Of a DNA stretch of 64,000 nucleotides, positions 61,946 to 64,000 are shown one piece after another. The stretch covers positions 27,366,503-27,430,502 of the forward strand of contig CM120640.1 in the NCBI GenBank assembly GCA_051362555.1, in the 5' to 3' direction. The position numbers were made by a program, and so were the translations under genes. The stretch's first letter is position 1, and the number at the start of each line of letters is the position of its first letter. This DNA is from Lingula anatina. Taxonomy: Eukaryota > Animalia > Brachiopoda. The notes below the pieces were generated by a model that was not told the DNA's origin, did no database searches, and saw only the letters and a program-made list of their open reading frames with translations.

Positions 61946-63420
61946 CGGTAAAGTCTTGAAAATTTCGTCGCTTAAAAATTAATTAATATTTTTAATTGTG
62001 TAAATCCGACTAATTTTTCAAAATTACATCTCCCCGACTCCTGGGTAAGACGAAATTTTCAAAAATCCGGCCTTTGGGCTTTTATCCTTAGCGACTGTTA
62101 TCTTTGACCCTCCTATATTGCGAACAAAGTCCTGAGAATATTACGTGACATTTCTATGCCGAAGATATACCGTGAGCGGGGCAGGGGCGGATTAAAGATA
62201 AAATGAAAATGAATATTTAAAAAAAATCCAAAGAGTGTGTGTGGAGGGGGGGGGTAAATAATCTCCCGCTGACGATCTGCGAACGAAGTACCCTAAATCC
62301 CTTGAACTAATATGAAAATTGCATTTCATTCTTGCTTACATCGCGAACGATCTCCCGATTATGATATGAAAATTGCCTTTTCGTCTTGCTCGGATCGCGA
62401 ACGATCTCCCTCTGACGATCTTACGCGAACAAAGTCTTGACGATATTACGCGAACGATTCTCCGCTGGAGATATGCCGTGAGCGGGGGAAGGGGGGTTAA
62501 AGATAAAATGAAAAAGACATATTATTTATAAAATTCAAAGGGGGGGGGGGGGTTAAAATAATGATCTCCTGCTGACGATCTTCCACGAACGAAGTTCCCT
62601 TGAACTAATATGAAAAGTGCATTTTGTTCTCGCTTACATCGCGAACGATCTCCCGCTGAAGATATGAAGATTGCCTTTTCGTCTCTCTCGAATCGCAAAC
62701 GATCTCCCGCTGATGATCTTACGCGAACGGAGTCCGCTACAAATATAAAAATTATCTTCTCGTCTCGTTTGGATCACGAACGATCTGTTGACGATATTAC
62801 GCGAACGATTCTCCGCTGAAGATATGAAAAATGCCATCTCGTCACATTCGCATTGCGAACGATCTCCATGTATGAGCCAGGTAATCATTAAATGGTCCTA
62901 AATTGAACATGGGCATGAATAGAAGTGACTGGTACATTTCACTTCGAGATAATATCTTGATTTTTTCATTGTGTCTTCCTCATTTAGGACAGCCGCCGAT
63001 AACAATAACGGCGTTACAAGTGACAAAGCCGCGGCCTGTGACTTCTATTTGCCGGCTTGATAACGCACCTTAAGCCAGGTAATAGTAATGAAATAAAAGA
63101 CAAAAGGCCGACGTTCCCGCAATTGAGAACGGGAATTCACATCTAAACCATCGATATTGTGAGTAACCGCTCGCAGGGGCGCACTATTGTTCCTATCTCC
63201 CATTGAGAGTGTTATCGGCAATGATATTCTGATCGTATCATTGTCTTGAATCAACTGACGCATTACCTTCATGTTTGAGCTGGACAACGCGGCCATGTTT
63301 GGTGACGAACTTTTCAAAAATTATCCAGTACCTCATTTTCAAGGTCGACGAAGTTTTCAAAGGGAAAAAAATTACGTCGGCGGAAAATCGTCTGCCGACG
63401 AAATTTTCAAGACTTTACCG
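61946..63420 (-). mobile_element. Non-autonomous DNA transposon (~1.47 kb) in a BCKDHB intron
   Basis: Perfect 25-bp TIR CGGTAAAGTCTTGAAAATTTCGTCG at both ends, flanked by TA (TATTA on both sides). Subterminal repeats of GACGAA(A/C/G)TTTTCAA. Superfamily uncertain; Tc1/mariner-pogo-like if the TSD is TA. Confidence 0.85.
62115..62870. repeat. Hierarchical internal repeats of the transposon
   Basis: Recurrent GCGAACGATCTCCCGCTGA units about 55-60 bp apart, inside a ~305-bp higher-order duplication. Confidence 0.8.
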
Positions 63421-63749
63421 TATTACATGTACTGTGGACAGACCACATACCTCTATTCGCTGGATGTCATCTCTTAATTGATTGCTAAAGGCTAGAATTA
63501 GGACCACAATTTATGAAGAAGCATATAGTTCCTTAGATTTGTATATTTGTCAGGGTCCACTTTAACCTTCAACTTGCATCATATATACTTGGGAAATTTG
63601 TAGATGTGCATTTAATGATGGATGGACACTGTGTCTGGACATTAAGCCATCACTTGTGTGTGTCATTGTTGATAGTGTTGCTATTAGCATTGTCGTGCAC
63701 ATTCTTCATATAATAAAAGCATGATTAAAAGAATGTATCCAAGGACTTA

Positions 63750-63892
63750 AGGACTGTTCCCATAAACCCATCATACTAACTGAATCGATCTAATTCTGCA
63801 GGGATTCTTGCTAAAGAGCATTCAGTGTAAGCGACTTAAATGTCTGAGTAAGGTCGATCCACCTAGTATGATGAGTTCATGAGAATGCAGTC
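63750..63892. mobile_element. Related MITE abutting copy 3
   Basis: Imperfect TIRs GGACTGTTCCCATAAACCCATCATACTA ... TAGTATGATGAGTTCATGAGAATGCAGTCT, flanked by TTA/TAA. Confidence 0.6.
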
Positions 63893-63895
63893 TAA

Positions 63896-64000
63896 GGGTG
63901 CTTTCCCAGAGATTTAGATCGATCTAAAGATTAAGATTTAGATCGACCTAACTCCCTGGGGGTTCACGCTAAATTGCAGTCAGCCAAGCGGGCACCATAG
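63896..64000. mobile_element. MITE, same family (copy 3, cut by the window end)
   Basis: TAA|GGGTGCTTTCCCAGAGATTTAGATCGATC..., near-identical to copy 2. Confidence 0.75.

Noticed and set aside
63267-63296. First exon of a nested antisense host gene
   Set aside because: It lies between the TIRs of the 61946-63420 transposon, so it is better explained as element-internal.

Overview
AT-rich, intron-containing animal genomic DNA, most likely a non-vertebrate bilaterian (inferred from the repeat types; species not determinable). Six conserved genes were reconstructed exon by exon from GT-AG boundaries and alternate strictly in strand, forming three head-to-head pairs: syntaxin-1 family (-, first three coding exons) / RAN (+); MED15 (-) / neuferricin CYB5D2 (+); ATE1 (-) / BCKDHB (+, 5' part only). 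The most notable observation is a tandem pair of homologous ATE1 exons (43389-43550 and 42937-43116). The 272-nt intron between them holds one element complementary to both exons, a separate 12-bp stem and an AG|GT dual splice site, a candidate competing-RNA-structure switch with a topology like the one known for mammalian ATE1 exons 7a/7b. Introns and UTRs contain many non-autonomous transposons: nested Helentron-type elements (one with an 11 x 146-bp array rich in AGGTCA half-sites), a solo LTR nested in a Helentron-type element just after the ATE1 stop, a TTAA piggyBac-type element, MITEs with 5- and 6-bp target duplications, and Harbinger-like MITEs. There is also a spacer-less 156-bp palindrome. 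Coordinates were counted by eye and may be off by a few bases; no database searches or folding programs were run.
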